Positions 11,666 through 25,600 of a DNA stretch of 64,000 nt are shown here, in pieces. Below the pieces are notes generated by a model. That model had not been told where the DNA came from, made no database searches, and worked only from the letters and a program-made list of their open reading frames with translations. Location of the stretch: assembly GCA_050084515.1 (NCBI GenBank), contig CM114271.1:8928001-8992000 (forward strand), given 5' to 3'. Source of the DNA: Blasia pusilla (Eukaryota). How positions within the stretch are numbered: position 1 is the stretch's first letter; the number at the start of each line of letters is the position of its first letter. The position numbers were made by a program, and so were the translations under genes.

Positions 11666-11753
<88 letters not shown>
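11666..11753 (+). repeat. (GA)n microsatellite, about 44 units
   Basis: Directly visible. Confidence 0.98.
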
Positions 11754-11757
<4 letters not shown>

Positions 11758-12499
11758 CATGCTTAAGCTCCCCTATAGGTAGAAGACCATGGGCTCAGCT
11801 TGTTAAGTCTCCTACTACCTGAACAAGAAGGGAGAACAAAGGATCAGCAAGGTAAGAGGAGAAGAAGAAGGTGATTGCACTACCTGATCGGTTAGGAGTT
11901 GGGTGTACTTTAGAGGATGTCCTTGGAACATTCAACTAGTCCAAGGCAGCACATTGGAGGACCTTATGCTGCCCTGGTGATTCTTGAGTGTGATTTCTAA
12001 GTAGAGTGTGCTTGTTGGGTTCCACTGGCCACTCCACTTAAAGCACTCAAGAGAAAGGAAGGAGTTTTGGTTAGTAGGGTGAGGATAGTATTGTGATACT
12101 GAAGTGGAGAGAGTTTCTCCAGCCTCTTAAGGTAAAGAGGTGGGGTTTACAGTTCTTAAGGAGTACATCTTGTAGATCTGATCTTCTGATCTGGCCCTAA
12201 GCTCTTACATGGGACCGAACTGGTGGAACTAGCAACATTTTCACCTGGGTTGTGTGCTGGCCATGTATTATTTGGTGAGACATTTTGGCGCGGCGCGGAG
12301 AGTGGACTCTGGACCAAAAGTGAAGGAGACTTATGAGTGAGCGGCATCAAAGACATTCAGCAAGGAGGGCACGGAAGGCTGCTGCAGATCACCAAGAAGA
12401 GAAAGAAAGAGCTTCCATAGGAGACTCTTTAGTGGGGAGTTTAAGTTCAGCACCTACTATAGCAGCCGGCTCAGTTCAAGTGGTTCTTGCTCAAGCTAC

Positions 12500-15400
12500 C
12501 TCAGTCAAGATGCCTCCCTCATTTCGAATCAAGTACACCAGATTTTGAGGGGATGGTAGTCAAGATGTGGATGACTGGATGGAACAATACCTAGCAACTT
12601 TGGCAGCCAATAATGAAGGGGATGAAGACACAACCAAGAGGTTGTTTCGTGGGCTGATTGATGGAGAAGCCTTGCGTTGGTACAAGGCCTTGGAGGTTGG
12701 ACAAAAAGCTGATTGGCCAAGGCTGAAGTCAGCATTTGAGCAAGAGTTTAGGGAGATTGGGGCAGATTCAAGGGTGATGTCACGACTGAATTCTATCAAG
12801 ATGAAGGCAAGTGACACACTAAGGAGCTACACCCAGCGTGTCCAGTAGCTGATAGGGAAGTTGTCCATAGTACCACCAACAAACCTTCAGTTGGAGTGGT
12901 TTATTTATGGTCTACGAGAGTTGTTGGATTTTGATGTGAGGAAGGCAGATCCTCAAACATTAGGAGCTGCTGTTGATGTGGCCAAGAGATGTGAGAAGTC
13001 AGCCCTACTATCAGGCCGCTCGGCAGAGAAGAAGCTAAAGAAGAAGGTCAAGTTTGAGGACTCTGATGATAGTGATGAGTACTTGGTGGAGGACAGAGAA
13101 GAGAAGTCTAGCCATCAGAGAGGTAGAGAGACATGTCCATCACAACTCACCAAGGTTGTGAAGGATGAAATGCAGACCTTAAGGGCAGCCATAGAGGAGG
13201 TGAAGGTGCAGATGGCTGATATCAAGAAGAACCGCAAGGCAGTCCCTATGACCCGCACTAATATTTGGTGCACCCGATGCAAGAAGGAGGGTCACTTCTC
13301 TCATGATTGTCAAGTTGATTGGAGGATGATCCAAGAGATGGAGCTAAACTCTCAGGAGCTAGAGCTCAAGGACATAGAGTGTCTTTATGCTATTCAACAA
13401 GGAGCTCTACGTGTTGATATTAGAGCTAGACCAGGGAGTTCAATACCAAGAATCCCTGGTGCTTGTTGGGAATGTGGGGAGGTTGGACATATCTCACCTG
13501 AGTGCCCACACCAAAGGATGCCTGGGGAGTACATCTTGTTGTGTAGAAATTGCAGGGAAGAGGGGCACAAGGCTTCCAGGTGCCCAAAGCCTGTGCAACT
13601 TAGAGTGTTTCCCCGCTATACCCCAATCCCACCTAGGGAAGAGACAGTCCTCAACTGGTCCAACAAGGTAGCAGTAGAGCAGCAACCAAGGGACGAGGGC
13701 ACGACTTCAAATGTCAGATGGATCCAGGACTATGAAGAGGAGAATGTGTGGAGAGTGTCTACCAGGAGGCAAACCAATGAAGAGAAGGGCAAAGGGCCTG
13801 CAAGAGAGGAGATCAGATCAGGTGGAGAAGAGGAGGAAGAAGCTCCAGCCTTTGAGTTGCCTGATGTTACTGAAGAAGTGCTAGCCCACTTGGAAGAGCT
13901 ACATACCAAGGAGGGAGAGGCCAGTACCAAGAAGACTACAATGGTGGTAAGACCCTCTTTGTCCCCTGCAGCCATAAGGGAGTTGCACAACAACATCATG
14001 TTGGACATTGAGAAGAGGTTAGCTGAAGTCACCATTGGGCAGTTGTTGAAGGATAATCCAAGGTACCGAAAGCAAGTGTTGGATGTAGTAGAGACCAAGA
14101 GGAGGAAGAGGCTCCCACCTACCATTTCAGAGGTGAGGTACAGTGAAGTGGAGGATTGGGAAGCACCTGAGATCAACACTGAGATTGAAGGGTGTTTGAT
14201 CACAAGGGTACCAGTGGATGGAGGTTCAGGTGTGAATGTCATGATGGACCAAACTGCTGTTGACCTGGGTTACACCATATTCGAGCCTACCCCAAAGATA
14301 TTGAGGATGGCTAACCAAGAGGAAGTGGTACCAGTGGGTAAGTTATCTCAGGTAGTTACTAGGATGGGAGAGTTGGAGTATAAGCTGAACTATGTAGTAA
14401 TCAGGCTACCCATTCCTCCTACATTCCAAGTTTTGTTGGGAAGGCCTTGGCTATACAAGGCAGGAATTTTGGAGGATTGGAAGAAGAAGGAGTTTAGGAT
14501 TGGTTCAGTAAGGATCCCATGGGGGCTTCCAGCATACCAAGGTGAGACAATAGCAAGCTCCATGGGGTACACGACTGAGAGTGAGGAAGTAGAAGAAGAA
14601 GAGCAAGCTTCATATTGCTGGATGGTGGTGAATGCCTTCAAGACAGCAACAGAAAGAGAGTTTGACTTCAACCAACCAGAGGAAGAGCATGTGCAGGTCA
14701 AGGAAGGTGAAGAGCCAGAGGACACCACCAAGACTTGGCCTCTTACATCAAATGAAGGAGATCAAACAAGACTAGCTATGGGGAAGAAGAAGAAGAATGA
14801 GCATGCCCTAGGAGAACTTGATGTCCCACTCACCAGTGCCTGGGTGCACCAGCAACTAATGGAGGATCCAGGTATGAAGGGCTATCATGAGACCTTTGGA
14901 AGAGAGCAAGAGGAGGACCTCTCCGTTGTTGTAAAACCAATTCAGTATGAGAAGATGAGTCTTACGCCAGATATGGAGTTCTATGTAGGGAGGACTATCC
15001 AGGAGGTGGAGAAAGAAGCCTACAAGGAGTTGTTGCTAGAGTTCAAGGATGTGTTTTCTTGGTCACATCATGACTTGACTGAATCTCCCGAGTATGGAGA
15101 ACATCGAATAGACTTGAAGGAGGATGCACCATAGTTAGGCAAAGGCAATCAGGCTCAATCCAAAGTACTCCTTGAAGGTGAAGGAGGAGTTGGATAAGCT
15201 ATTGGAAGCAGGATTTATCTATCCTATAAAACATAGTGAGTGGGTATCCCCCATTGTGATTGTGCCAAAGAAGGTGGGAGCTGATGGAATAGCCAAGATC
15301 AGAGTTTGTCAAGACTATAGAAAGTTGAATGAGGCTACCAAGAAGGACTTCTACCCGCGCCCTTCATCGATATCATATTGGACCATGTAGCCGGGTCATA

Positions 15401-17955
15401 CGGTGTACACTTTCTTGGACGGTATGTCGGGTACTACTGACCTTCATCAGAGTTGGAGACCAGATCTACACTACATTCACCACTGATTGGGGGACTTATG
15501 CATTTCGTAGGATGCCCTTTGGATTGTGTAATGCTCCAGATACATTTCAGGGGATCATGACAGACATTTTCCATGATTTCTTGAGGCATTTTCTAGAGGT
15601 CTTCATCGATGATTTTGCAGTTTTCAGTGAAAGGGAGGAGCATCTACAACATTTGAGGCTTACCTTTTAAAGATTTAAGGAAGCCAATCTGAAGTTAAAC
15701 CCAAGAAAGTGCTTCATTGGGATGGAGAGTGGGATACTGTTGGGGCATAGAGTATCAGCCGAGGGGATTGCTGTAGACCTGGATAAAGTGACCACCATCT
15801 TGGCTCTCAAAGCACCCACTAGTGTGAAAGAAGTTCGAGGCTTCCTTGGCATGGTTGGTTATTATAGGAGGTTTATAGAGGGATATGCTAAGATTGCTCT
15901 CCCATTGACTATCGCGCCCCTACTCTCCTTGAACGTCAATCTTTAGTGTTGCGGAAGCGTACGTTCAGTAGGTCACGAACTCATCGCCGATCTGCACCCA
16001 AACACGCACTCTCGTTAGTTGGGTCTGGGCCAACTAGCGTTCCAACCCACCGAGTCCTCAACTCGGCGTCTCATCAAGCTCAACCTTCCTTAGTTCCTAG
16101 TTTCCAAAACATGGCAAGTCCTTCAAGACTTGGAACAGACTTCCTGGTTAGTCCAGGGATCTGAAACGGCACTTGCGCGCCTAGCGATCCCAACTATTCA
16201 ACGTTCCTCGGGTGAGTTCCGAACCGAGACCCAAGTAAGTGAGTCGCGGGGTGGAATCCAAGAGGGATGTCTAAAATCGCCTCAATGGACTTGGTGCAGG
16301 TTTTCCAACCCAACCCCCAAACTCGCGTTCCGTTCCATGCCCTTGAGGCGCCCAAGGTGGGGTTTGGGTTCCAAGCACTCTCGGAGACCTTCCCCCTTAC
16401 TAGTACTTCTGGGGTTCTCCAATAACCCCTCCCCTTTGGAAAAAGAGGGTCGGGCCCTTCATTGTGGCCCTCAACCCGACTCCACTTATAGTCTTTTTCG
16501 GGTTTTTTCTCAGATGCTGCTTATGCGTTTGCAGTGATTTTTAATGCGTTTGGACCGGCTCTTCATATGCTTTCCAACGCACCCTTATTTGATCCAAACG
16601 CATCTTGGCGCTAAAAGTTATGGCCATAAATACAGTCGGAAACTCTCAAACGCTAGTGGCGTCCCAAATCCGGATCTTTCCTTTGGCAACCCACTTCCTA
16701 GACTCGACTTCTTTCAAGTCTCATTCCGCGTTTGGTCCAGGTTTTTCGGTCGCGACCATAACATCTGAAATGCGACTCCTCGCTCGCGTCTCGTCTTATG
16801 TCTCTTCTTTGAGACTACTCCAACGCGCAAACCATCTTAGCGTGAGCCCGCTAATGTTCTGATGTTCCGCTTGGCACTTGTTTGGTCATGAGGGTCGCGA
16901 CATTGACCGAGTTGTTGAAGAAGGAGGCTACATTCCATTGGGCAGATCGCCAAGAGGAAGTCTTTAGGGAGCTCAAGGCAAGGATGGTGAAGGCACCCAT
17001 GATGGCAGCACCAAGGTTTGATAGAGAGTTCCATGTAACTGGTGATGCTTCTGGATTTTGCATAGGAATTATATTGTGGCAGTATGGAGATGACAAAAAG
17101 AGGAGAGGCCAATTTATTATGCTAGTAGGCAGTTGAGTTCCGCTGAGAGAAACTACAGCACTACTGAGAGAGAGTGCTTGTCTATCATTTGTGCGTGTAA
17201 GAAGTTCAGGCATTACCTCCTCGGCTATGATGTGGTCTTTCACATTGATCATGATGCCATCAAACATTTGGTCAACAAGGCTGATCTATCCGGCAGAGTT
17301 GCAAGGTGGGTTATGCTGCTACAAGAGTTCCAATACCAGATCAAGGTGAAGCCAGTGATGGGGAACAAGAATGTTGACTACCCGTCAGGCTAGAGGAGGA
17401 AGAGATGAGAAACTCTATTGTTGCCAAGTTTCTGATGAACACCTCTTTGCCATTTCAGAAGAAGGGGACGAGTATGCTGAGATTAGAAGGTATCTCAAAG
17501 AGGAAGTTGTTCCACCCTCGAACTCTCAAAAACAAAAGATGTTTATGGTTAAGGCAGGGCCATATGCATTGATCGAGGATGTCTTTGTTCAAACTTGGAC
17601 CAGATGACAGGTTGAGAAGGTGTGTGAGTAAGGGAGAAAGTCTGAGAATCATGCACACATTCCACTCAGGAGAGGAGGGGGGTCACTTTCGAGTGGAGAC
17701 CACCATCAAGAAGATTCGAACTGCAGGGTACAAGTGGCCTACCCTCCATAGAGATGTGCACAAGTACATCAGAAGTTGTGACCCTTACCAACATTCAGGC
17801 AAACCTTCAGTTAAGGATCACTGGCCACTCACACCTATCATCCTTTTCGGTCCTTTTGCTAAGTGAGGAATTGACTTCATTGGTCCTATCACTCCTGCTA
17901 GTAAGGGCCATAGAAATAGGTACATTATTCTAGCCACTGATTATGCTACTAAGTG
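12500..17955 (+). pseudogene. Family A gag-pol: gag with three CCHC knuckles, aspartic protease, RT, RNase H, integrase N-terminus
   Basis: CTRCKKEGHFSHDC, CWECGEVGHISPEC, CRNCREEGHKASRC; VDGGSGVN; MPFGLCNAP, FIDD; DASGF, NYSTTERECL; HHCC-type zinc finger region; interrupted by a solo LTR at 15910-16902. Confidence 0.9.
15910..16902 (-). mobile_element. Solo LTR of the chromovirus family, inserted in family A pol
   Basis: TA(TG)...CA ends, TSD TTGAC (15905-15909 and 16903-16907); removing it restores ...IALPLT|ELLKKEA. Confidence 0.93.
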
Positions 17956-18079
17956 GAAGATGAGGTTTGATAACCGAATACGGCATGATCCAGTGAAGGA
18001 GGGGGACATGGTGCTGATGTATGATAGTCGACCCCAAAAGTTTCCAGGAAAGCTGCACATTTGACTGCTTGGGCCTTAT

Positions 18080-18425
18080 CAGGTGAAGCGCATCCAAGGG
18101 AGTGATGAGAGCAGGTGGAGCTGAAGAGCATCCAGGGGAGTGATGAGATCAGGTGAAGAGCATCCAGGGGAGTGATGAGAGCAGGTGGAGCTGAAGAGCA
18201 TCCAAGGGAGTGATGAGATCAGGTGAAGAGCATCCAGGGGAGTGATGAGAGCAGGTGGAGCTGAAGAGCATCCAGGGGAGTGATGAGATCAGGTGAAGAG
18301 CATCCAAGGAAGTGATGAGAGCAGGTGGAGCTGAAGAGCATCCAAGGGAGTGATGAGAGCAGGTGTGGAGTCAAGAGCATCCAGGGGAGTAATGAGAGAG
18401 TGTGGAGTCAAGAGCATCCAAGGAA
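18080..18425 (+). repeat. Second copy of the 38/32-bp minisatellite (family A 3' LTR)
   Basis: Same units as 10549-10890. Confidence 0.95.
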
Positions 18426-20599
18426 GCTCGAACCAGCTTGAGAAGAAGCAAGCATGGGAAGAATGTAAAGGTAGGTCTTACCTTCAAGCATGTCCAAGAG
18501 ACAAGTCGAGCCTATGCCATCAATCGCTCAAGAGACTTTAGTTAGGACACGTTAAGTAGATGAGGTAGAAATTTTGCAAGAGATGCCTTGGAGTAGATGC
18601 TTAGGGGAGGTAGATTTGTAGGAAGGTAGGAACCCAGAATGCCAGAGAAGCCCAAGTGGGAAGAGGGCTCTCAGCTTCACTTATAAATACTCTGTTGGGT
18701 TTGCTTGAAGGCGAGCATATACATGCTGTTGGCTAGTAGACAATTGATCTCTTGAGCCAAGCTAACCAGCAGAGTTATGTGCTCCTAGATCTAGGAAGTG
18801 TGTAGTGTGCTTGAAGGGGGCTGAGACTAAGAAGGTCTCCCATGTACTCGATGATTTTATGATACACAGAAGGTAGCCCAGTGAAATGAGTTCACTCCAT
18901 TGCCCTGTATCTGAGTATGTGCATGATTGAGTGATGAGTTGGGGGGCTTGATGAAGGGAGATTCTTGGAGCTGATTCAATTGATTATTCAAATTGTGTGG
19001 CTCTACTTTTGAATATTTTTTGCATTGTCGATTAGTTTCTGACAAACTGAAACTTGTGTTCTTTGAATCCAAAATTTGTTGTATACACTGCTAGCGTTTT
19101 GCAACTTGTTTGATTTTGACAAGTCAAAATTTGAATTTTTGCTATTCTATGTATGGTGTTAGGATTGTGTCTCTCATAACCTATTCTTGCAATCCGTCAG
19201 ATTCTGATGGGTTGCATGTATGAATGTAGATTTCCTATCATTTCTTCATATGGATGTGAAGTTCCTAAAATTTTGCAGTTTTCCTGTCTTGCTAACTCTT
19301 GGATACCAATATCTTGCAAGAAGTCTATTTGTTGTCCTACTTCTTTTATTTTTCTTACCCTTGATGAGTCATGTCTGTTTTCAATTTTTCCTCGTCTCCT
19401 ATCTTGCAACTTGTTGGATTCCAACGGGTTGCATGACTAAATAGTTGGAACCTAACTTCATCTTTCTTTCATCATGTCTTGCAACCTGTCGGATTCCGAC
19501 AAGTTGCATGTCTAAATGGAACCTAGGAGTTTCATGCATTTCTCTACTTTCATATGTATGTTACGTTCCTATTTCTTTCAAATTTTTAGTGGTAATTTTT
19601 CAGTATAATCCTACAATGGTCATGTCTAATTCCGACAGGTTGCTTGTAGTGTCTATAGTAATCTTTCGTTCTTCATTTTTTCTTACCTCCTTTTTCTGTC
19701 ATCCAACTTGTCGGATTCGATAGGTTGCATATAGGATGATTCCCTTGTATTCATTTCTTTCTCTTTCTTCACTTGTTATGTCACTATTATTTCTTGACTT
19801 CTAACATCTAGCAATCTGTCGGATTTCGATAGATTTGGCGGGTTGATTGCTTCTCTTTTCCTCTCCATCCTACCTTTTAGGCATTCTTCTTGGCTTCCTT
19901 TACATGTAACATGTGTGTTTAAACAGAGTTGCCAAACGCCCATCAGCCTTGTAATGAACCACTCAAGGAAAAAGGTACTCTTTTAATCGCAAAGTATTAA
20001 GTTCGTTCCCAAGAGATCATTGTTTCCCGAGTTAAGAGAGGTTTTATAAGAAATATCAAGAATAACTCCTTCTTCACTAAGCACTTCACCAGTTTCAATA
20101 ACTAAGTCTTCACTAGTACAAAAGAACAAAATGATTTTCTTCCCTCTTGGAAAAGACTCTTCTCAAGTGCTGGAAAGAATCCTACAAATCTTGGATACCA
20201 AAACTTCAACAAGATCCTCGAAGAGGTCTCAAGAAGGTTGCGGCTCATCCTACTTTCATAACTTAATCTGTCATGGCAGGTTTCTCACTATCTAACATCT
20301 TTCATACGGTCTTCTTGATTCTCCTTTTGAAATTATGAGATCAAAGACTCAACTCTCATCCATAGTGAAGCCCAATAAGATTGGCGTTCAACTCCGCACC
20401 TCAAAAAGAATGAGAGAAGACATTTCTACTGCATCAAAGAGTGGAGGGAACTAGAAAGTAGTACAAGCTTCAGAGGGTATAGGACTCTTTAGCTTGGATC
20501 ATCCCCAAAGACTTCTCCACACAATCCACCAAAAGTATTTGGAAACTCAAGACACAAGGGAATGACCCCGTGCTCTTCTGCTTTATCTTTTTAATAGTC

Positions 20600-21201
20600 T
20601 CATTACAATTCGTGATTGACCTTCCTACTTTCTTCTAAATTTCTAACTATCAATTCCATGGTTCAAATCCTCCAACCCTTCATTTCCCTTAAGTCGGTTG
20701 GTATCTCTTCCGCTTCCATCTAAACCTCTACGCCCTTCCATTTCTAACTTCCACAACTTCCGTGACGGTTCATTATTTACGGACTTTGTAGTCTTCACAA
20801 TCTTCGCAGTTTCCGCACGAAGATTCCTTTGGATCCTCCGCTGCAAAGAAGAAGTCTTTTACATGTCTTTCTTGATAGTATTTGCCATCTTCTCGTAGTG
20901 CGATCTTCGCTACAAAGCACCCGCACCTCTTACTCTTACTTCTTTCCAACTATTTTCTTACTCTTACACAATTCTCACTCCTCCAAGACAATTCCTTGAT
21001 CTTCCAATCTCCTTGTCTTCTCAATGGAGTTTCACTGACTAGCCTTATCAAGTACTCTTCCAACTATTTCTCTTCCTCTATTCATATTTACAATCTTCTA
21101 CGAAATCTTCAATCTTCAATCTTCCGTCATAAGGACTTTTACCTATTTCTGTACAAAAAAACATCCCAACTACAAAATGTTCAAAAGAGTGGGTTATCAC
21201 A
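20600..21201 (-). mobile_element. LTR fragment resembling the TGTGATACC family
   Basis: Minus strand begins TGTGATAACCC after a purine-rich TAGGAGG; GAAG-rich like 38355-39700; left end uncertain. Confidence 0.4.
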
Positions 21202-21733
21202 AGCCTCCTAAAGACTCCATGTACCCATTCCTTAGCCAAGATTCTAACTCATTGGTGGCCTCCGGGTCTTCTGAGTCATTGTTGGCAATATTGCAATCCT
21301 AGACTTTCTACTAAACTCACCAAATCACATGTTATATTTTCCAATTCCTTTATCTCCAAGACTGTCATCATTGAGTGAAAAAATCCCATCTGATGGATCT
21401 GCATTGATAAGATACCATCCTACCAACAACACTGGCCTACATAGAGAGTGATTTTAGCATATCTAAAGTGGTATCCACTGTTCCATCTTCACATCTTAGT
21501 ATTAAAAATGATGTTAGTTTGTGCCCCAATGTGGTCCACTTCTTACTCTCTTCAAAACATTTCTTGCATTTGAAGTAGAGGAGATAAATTAAAATAGTGG
21601 AAATTTTTTAAGAGAGGTTAAGGATTTTGGCTCCTTTTTTTTTTAAAGAAAGACTCCCCTCTCTTACTCTCTCCTATCAGAATACCAGCCCCCAACAAAT
21701 GTCACCAATGTCAGTTACATTAGTTTTCTTCAA

Positions 21734-22457
21734 TGAAAGCCATCAAATTCACAGAAACAACTGTCGAACATTGTGCAACCTCTCGAAAGTTGGGTCGGTG
21801 TCAAGGTTGGCGAGCTGCTCTGGAGCAGCAAGAAGTAATTGCACTCGAAACTCTTTTAATGTACAAGAGTTATAAGAATTGATTTTTTTATGATGATTTA
21901 TGGGGTTCAATCCCCAAGAGGATCACTCTTGTCCGAAAAAGGAAGTTAAAGTGTGTCGTTTATATGAGGTTGATAATTATGTTGATACAAAATAGATTCA
22001 AACATTCATCTGCTTATTCTCCTTCTCACAAGTACCAAGATTTTTCCTTTCTTCTCTTCTCTCAAGTGGAATCAAATGAACGCTCAGGCATATTCATACT
22101 CAGCACCAAAGAACCTCATAGAGATCTCATCAACGAGATGGCTTCTCCTACTTTCCGCCCTCAATCTGTCTTTGCAGGCTACTCTATGTCGGACAAATTT
22201 CTCACATCTCGATGTTGATTATTCTATTGGTGAAATTTTCTCTCCCAATCCACTCCTCACTCTACAAACCCAATAAGAATTCTCAGACATATGTATCGCA
22301 CATCAGAATGAAGGAATGAGTTCTTTACTATTCCATCAAGAACAAGAAAGCTTCAAAGTGTATACAAGCACGAGAGAGTACGAATCTCTCGCTCGGACCA
22401 TTCCTATAGCGTAAGGATATCGTAAGAGAATGATCTTGATAACTACGTTGATGATCT
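21734..22457 (-). mobile_element. Part of a TGTGATACC-family LTR; the remainder lies at 36735-37243
   Basis: Reverse-complement similarity to 39000-39700 and 39930-40445; joins collinearly with 36735 onward when 22458-36734 is removed. Confidence 0.7.
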
Positions 22458-22689
22458 TGTCGTGCAAATACACATTGCTGCCAACATACATCGGCTATCA
22501 TGCACACACAAATCTAAGATCAATCTAACTATCAATCCTAACATCTCTACACATGAATGATTGGACAACCCCAGTATGAAGTTGAATACGAATTGTAAAC
22601 TCTGATGAAATTTGCAATCAACTGTGCTTCATCTAAACAACCATACTCATGATTCTGATATGCATTGGTGTGATAGCAAGAGAAAGGGT

Positions 22690-25600
22690 TTAGCTTCCCT
22701 ACTTTGTGTGAGTACCAAATATAGCACTTCATGTGTCTCATGAGCTTGACTGTAACTCAATTTTCAATACTCCCCCTCGAGCTCATATCGATATCTCTAA
22801 CGCCTAAATCATTTTTAAACATCTCAAACTTATCTCTCTTTAATGCCTTTGTAAAGATGTCAGTATTTTGCTTATCTGTACCTATATACACACGATCAAT
22901 TTATTGTGCAAGCACTTTCTCTCAGATAAAATGATAGTGCATCTCAACATGGTTTGTACGAGCATGAATTACAAGGTTATTAGAAAGCTTGATGCTACTA
23001 ATATTGTCTGCATATATTACACTAGATCCAAAGTTACTAACACCAATCTCAACAAGTAATCGATGAAGCCACACCGCCTCATATACTTCATTGGTTGCTC
23101 CTCTGTACTCAGCCTCTGTTGAAGATAAAGCAACTATCGGTTGCTTCTTTAAAGCCCAACTTATAGCTACGCTTCCCAAAGTAAATGAATAACCAGATGT
23201 GGAGTGTCGATCAGACATGCTTCTTGCCCAATCAACATTTGTGAATCCCTGTAATTGAAAACTTAGAGAAGGTTCAAATTGAAGCCCGAATTGAATAGAG
23301 AATTTCACATACCGCATAATCCTCCTCACAACATCAAGGTGAGGTTTTCGAGGTGCTTGCATAAACTAGCTTACTAGGCCAACAACATAGCTCAAATCTG
23401 ATCTCGTTATAGTTAGATAGACCAAACTTCCAACCATGTGCCTGTACATATTACAATCTGCAAGCAGCTCTCCTTCATCTACTCTTAGCTTCACACTCTG
23501 GTCCAACGGTGTAGAGATTGGCTTATAAGCCTTCATACCATATTTTGAAAGCATATGAAAAGCATATTGTTGTTGTAGTAACCACATGCTCTCTCCAAAT
23601 TTGATAAGCTCAATACCAAGAAAGTACTTGAGTTCTCCCAAGTCCTTCATATCAAATTCTGCTTGTAACTTAAGCTTGACTTGTTGTACAATTTCTTCAG
23701 TACTCCCAATAATTAGGAGATCGTCAACGTATAACACAATGAGAACCGTATGATCTTGTCCTCTCCAGACATATAACGAGGAGTCAGAATCACATACCCT
23801 AAAACCCAACTCTTGTAAGACGTATGTAATCTTGCCATACCAAGCTCTTGGAGCTTGTTTGAGCACGTAAAGAGCTTTCTTCAACGTGCATACGCGAAAT
23901 GGAAACTTGGGATACTCGTACCTAGGTGGTTGAGTCATATATACCTCCTCGTATAGATCTCCATTCAAGAAGGAATTCTTGACGTCCATGTGATATAATC
24001 TCTTCTTCTTACTTACTGCAACTGCAACCATTATTCTCGTAGTCGCCATCTTTGTAACACGGCTAAATGTTTCCTCATAATCGATGCCATATTGTTGTGC
24101 ATAAACCTTAGCCACCAATCTCACTTTGTATCTATTAATTTTACCATCTTGATTGCGCTTGATTTTGTAAACCCATTTGCAACCAATAGCTTCCTTATCA
24201 AAAGGTATATTAACTAGCTCCCATGTTTGTTGATGTCTTAATGCAGCAAGCTCTTCCTCCATAGCTTCAATCCATTCTACTTTACTTGCAGCTTCTTCAA
24301 AATAACTCGGCTTTTATTCTTGAAGGATAGTCATCATATATGCATGATGTGTCGCAAGGAAATCTTCATTTATGAATCTATGAACTGGATGTATAACTCT
24401 ATTTGATCTACGAAGTTGTTGTTGAGAGGTAGATGCCTCTGACACATGACTCGAGCTCTGACTAGTGTCAATAGATTGAATACATACTCTTCCTGTCCAT
24501 GGACTCACAAATTTAATTGATGAATCTAGGACCTCTCATAACTTTGCACTAGTACTTGGGGAAGTTGAAGACAATGTCTGTTGGTTTACAGTCACATTCT
24601 CCCCCTCAACAAACGAGTTCAGAGGTGGAATAAGCTCAGATGGAGCATACCATGACTTTAGCTCATCAAAGACAACATCGTGACTAATAATAAGTTGCCT
24701 AGAGGATGGAATGTAGCACTTATACCCCTTAGTTCCATCTGCATAGCCAATGAAGATACATCTTTCAAACTTGGGGTCTAATTTTTTACGTCTCTCAGAA
24801 GGAACATGAGCATAACAAATACAGCCAACTACTTTCAAGAAGGAAAAATCAAGTTTACTTCATGTGAAGACTTTGAATGGAGTTTTATCATGAATTCTTG
24901 TTGTTGGAGTTCGGTTGATTAAGAAGACTGCTCATGCTATAGCCTCTGCCCAATACAACTTAAGCATGTTCTTCTCATTCATCATAGCTTGTGCCGCTTT
25001 AGCAATATGTCAATTCTTCCTCTCATCCATTCCATTTTATTGTGGAGTGTAACGGTAAGTCACTTGACGTTGGATACCATTCTGACGTAAATAGTCATCA
25101 AACTCTGTTGATAAATACTCTCCTCCTCCATCACAATGCAATTTCAGCAAGTATTCTCCAATCTGCTTCTCTAGTAGAACTCCGAATGTTTGGAACATTG
25201 AGAATACATCTGACTTGGCTTTCAAAAAGTATACCCATATATACCTAGAGAAGCCATCAATAAATGAAATAAAGTATTGGCAACCACTAAGGCTATGTTG
25301 TAATGTTGTCCACACATTACTGTGGATCAACTCCAATATATAGGATGCTCTTCTACCTTGCATTGGAAAAGGAAATCTAGCTTATTTTCCAAATTGGCAA
25401 GCAAGACATACCTCTAATGTAGCAAGACTCGCTAATTCAAGGAGTCCAGTTACTATACTAGACAATGAAAGACTCTAGAATCTTTGAAGATTCATATGCT
25501 TAATTATTTTATACCACATATTTAAATCTGTGACTTGTTGGCCAATTTGACCATATACTGTTGTTTGAATCTCTAGCATAGAAACATCTAATTTGAACAT

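Larger units (their letters stand above)
10017..12282 (+). repeat. Family A 5' LTR (~2.27 kb) containing an integrase fragment, a minisatellite, a TATA-like box and (GA)n
   Basis: Both ends defined by the inverted solo copy at 53080-55063; TATAAAT near 11154. Confidence 0.85.
10017..18990 (+). mobile_element. Ty3/gypsy LTR retrotransposon (family A), internally deleted, 3' LTR truncated at both ends
   Basis: 5' LTR 10017-12282 (TG...CA), PBS-like TGGCGC at 12286, gag-PR-RT-RH-INT remnants, partial 3' LTR at ~17955-18990. Confidence 0.88.
7030..21693 (-). mobile_element. Decayed Mutator-like element copy in reverse orientation to 56086-62132, split by nested LTR elements
   Basis: Terminus at 21661-21693 is the reverse complement of the left end at 56086 (GGGGGCTGGTATTCTG..GGAGAGAG); the same 29-bp palindromes occur at 7047-7872, 9945-10016 and 19100-19835; left boundary approximate. 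Confidence 0.6.
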
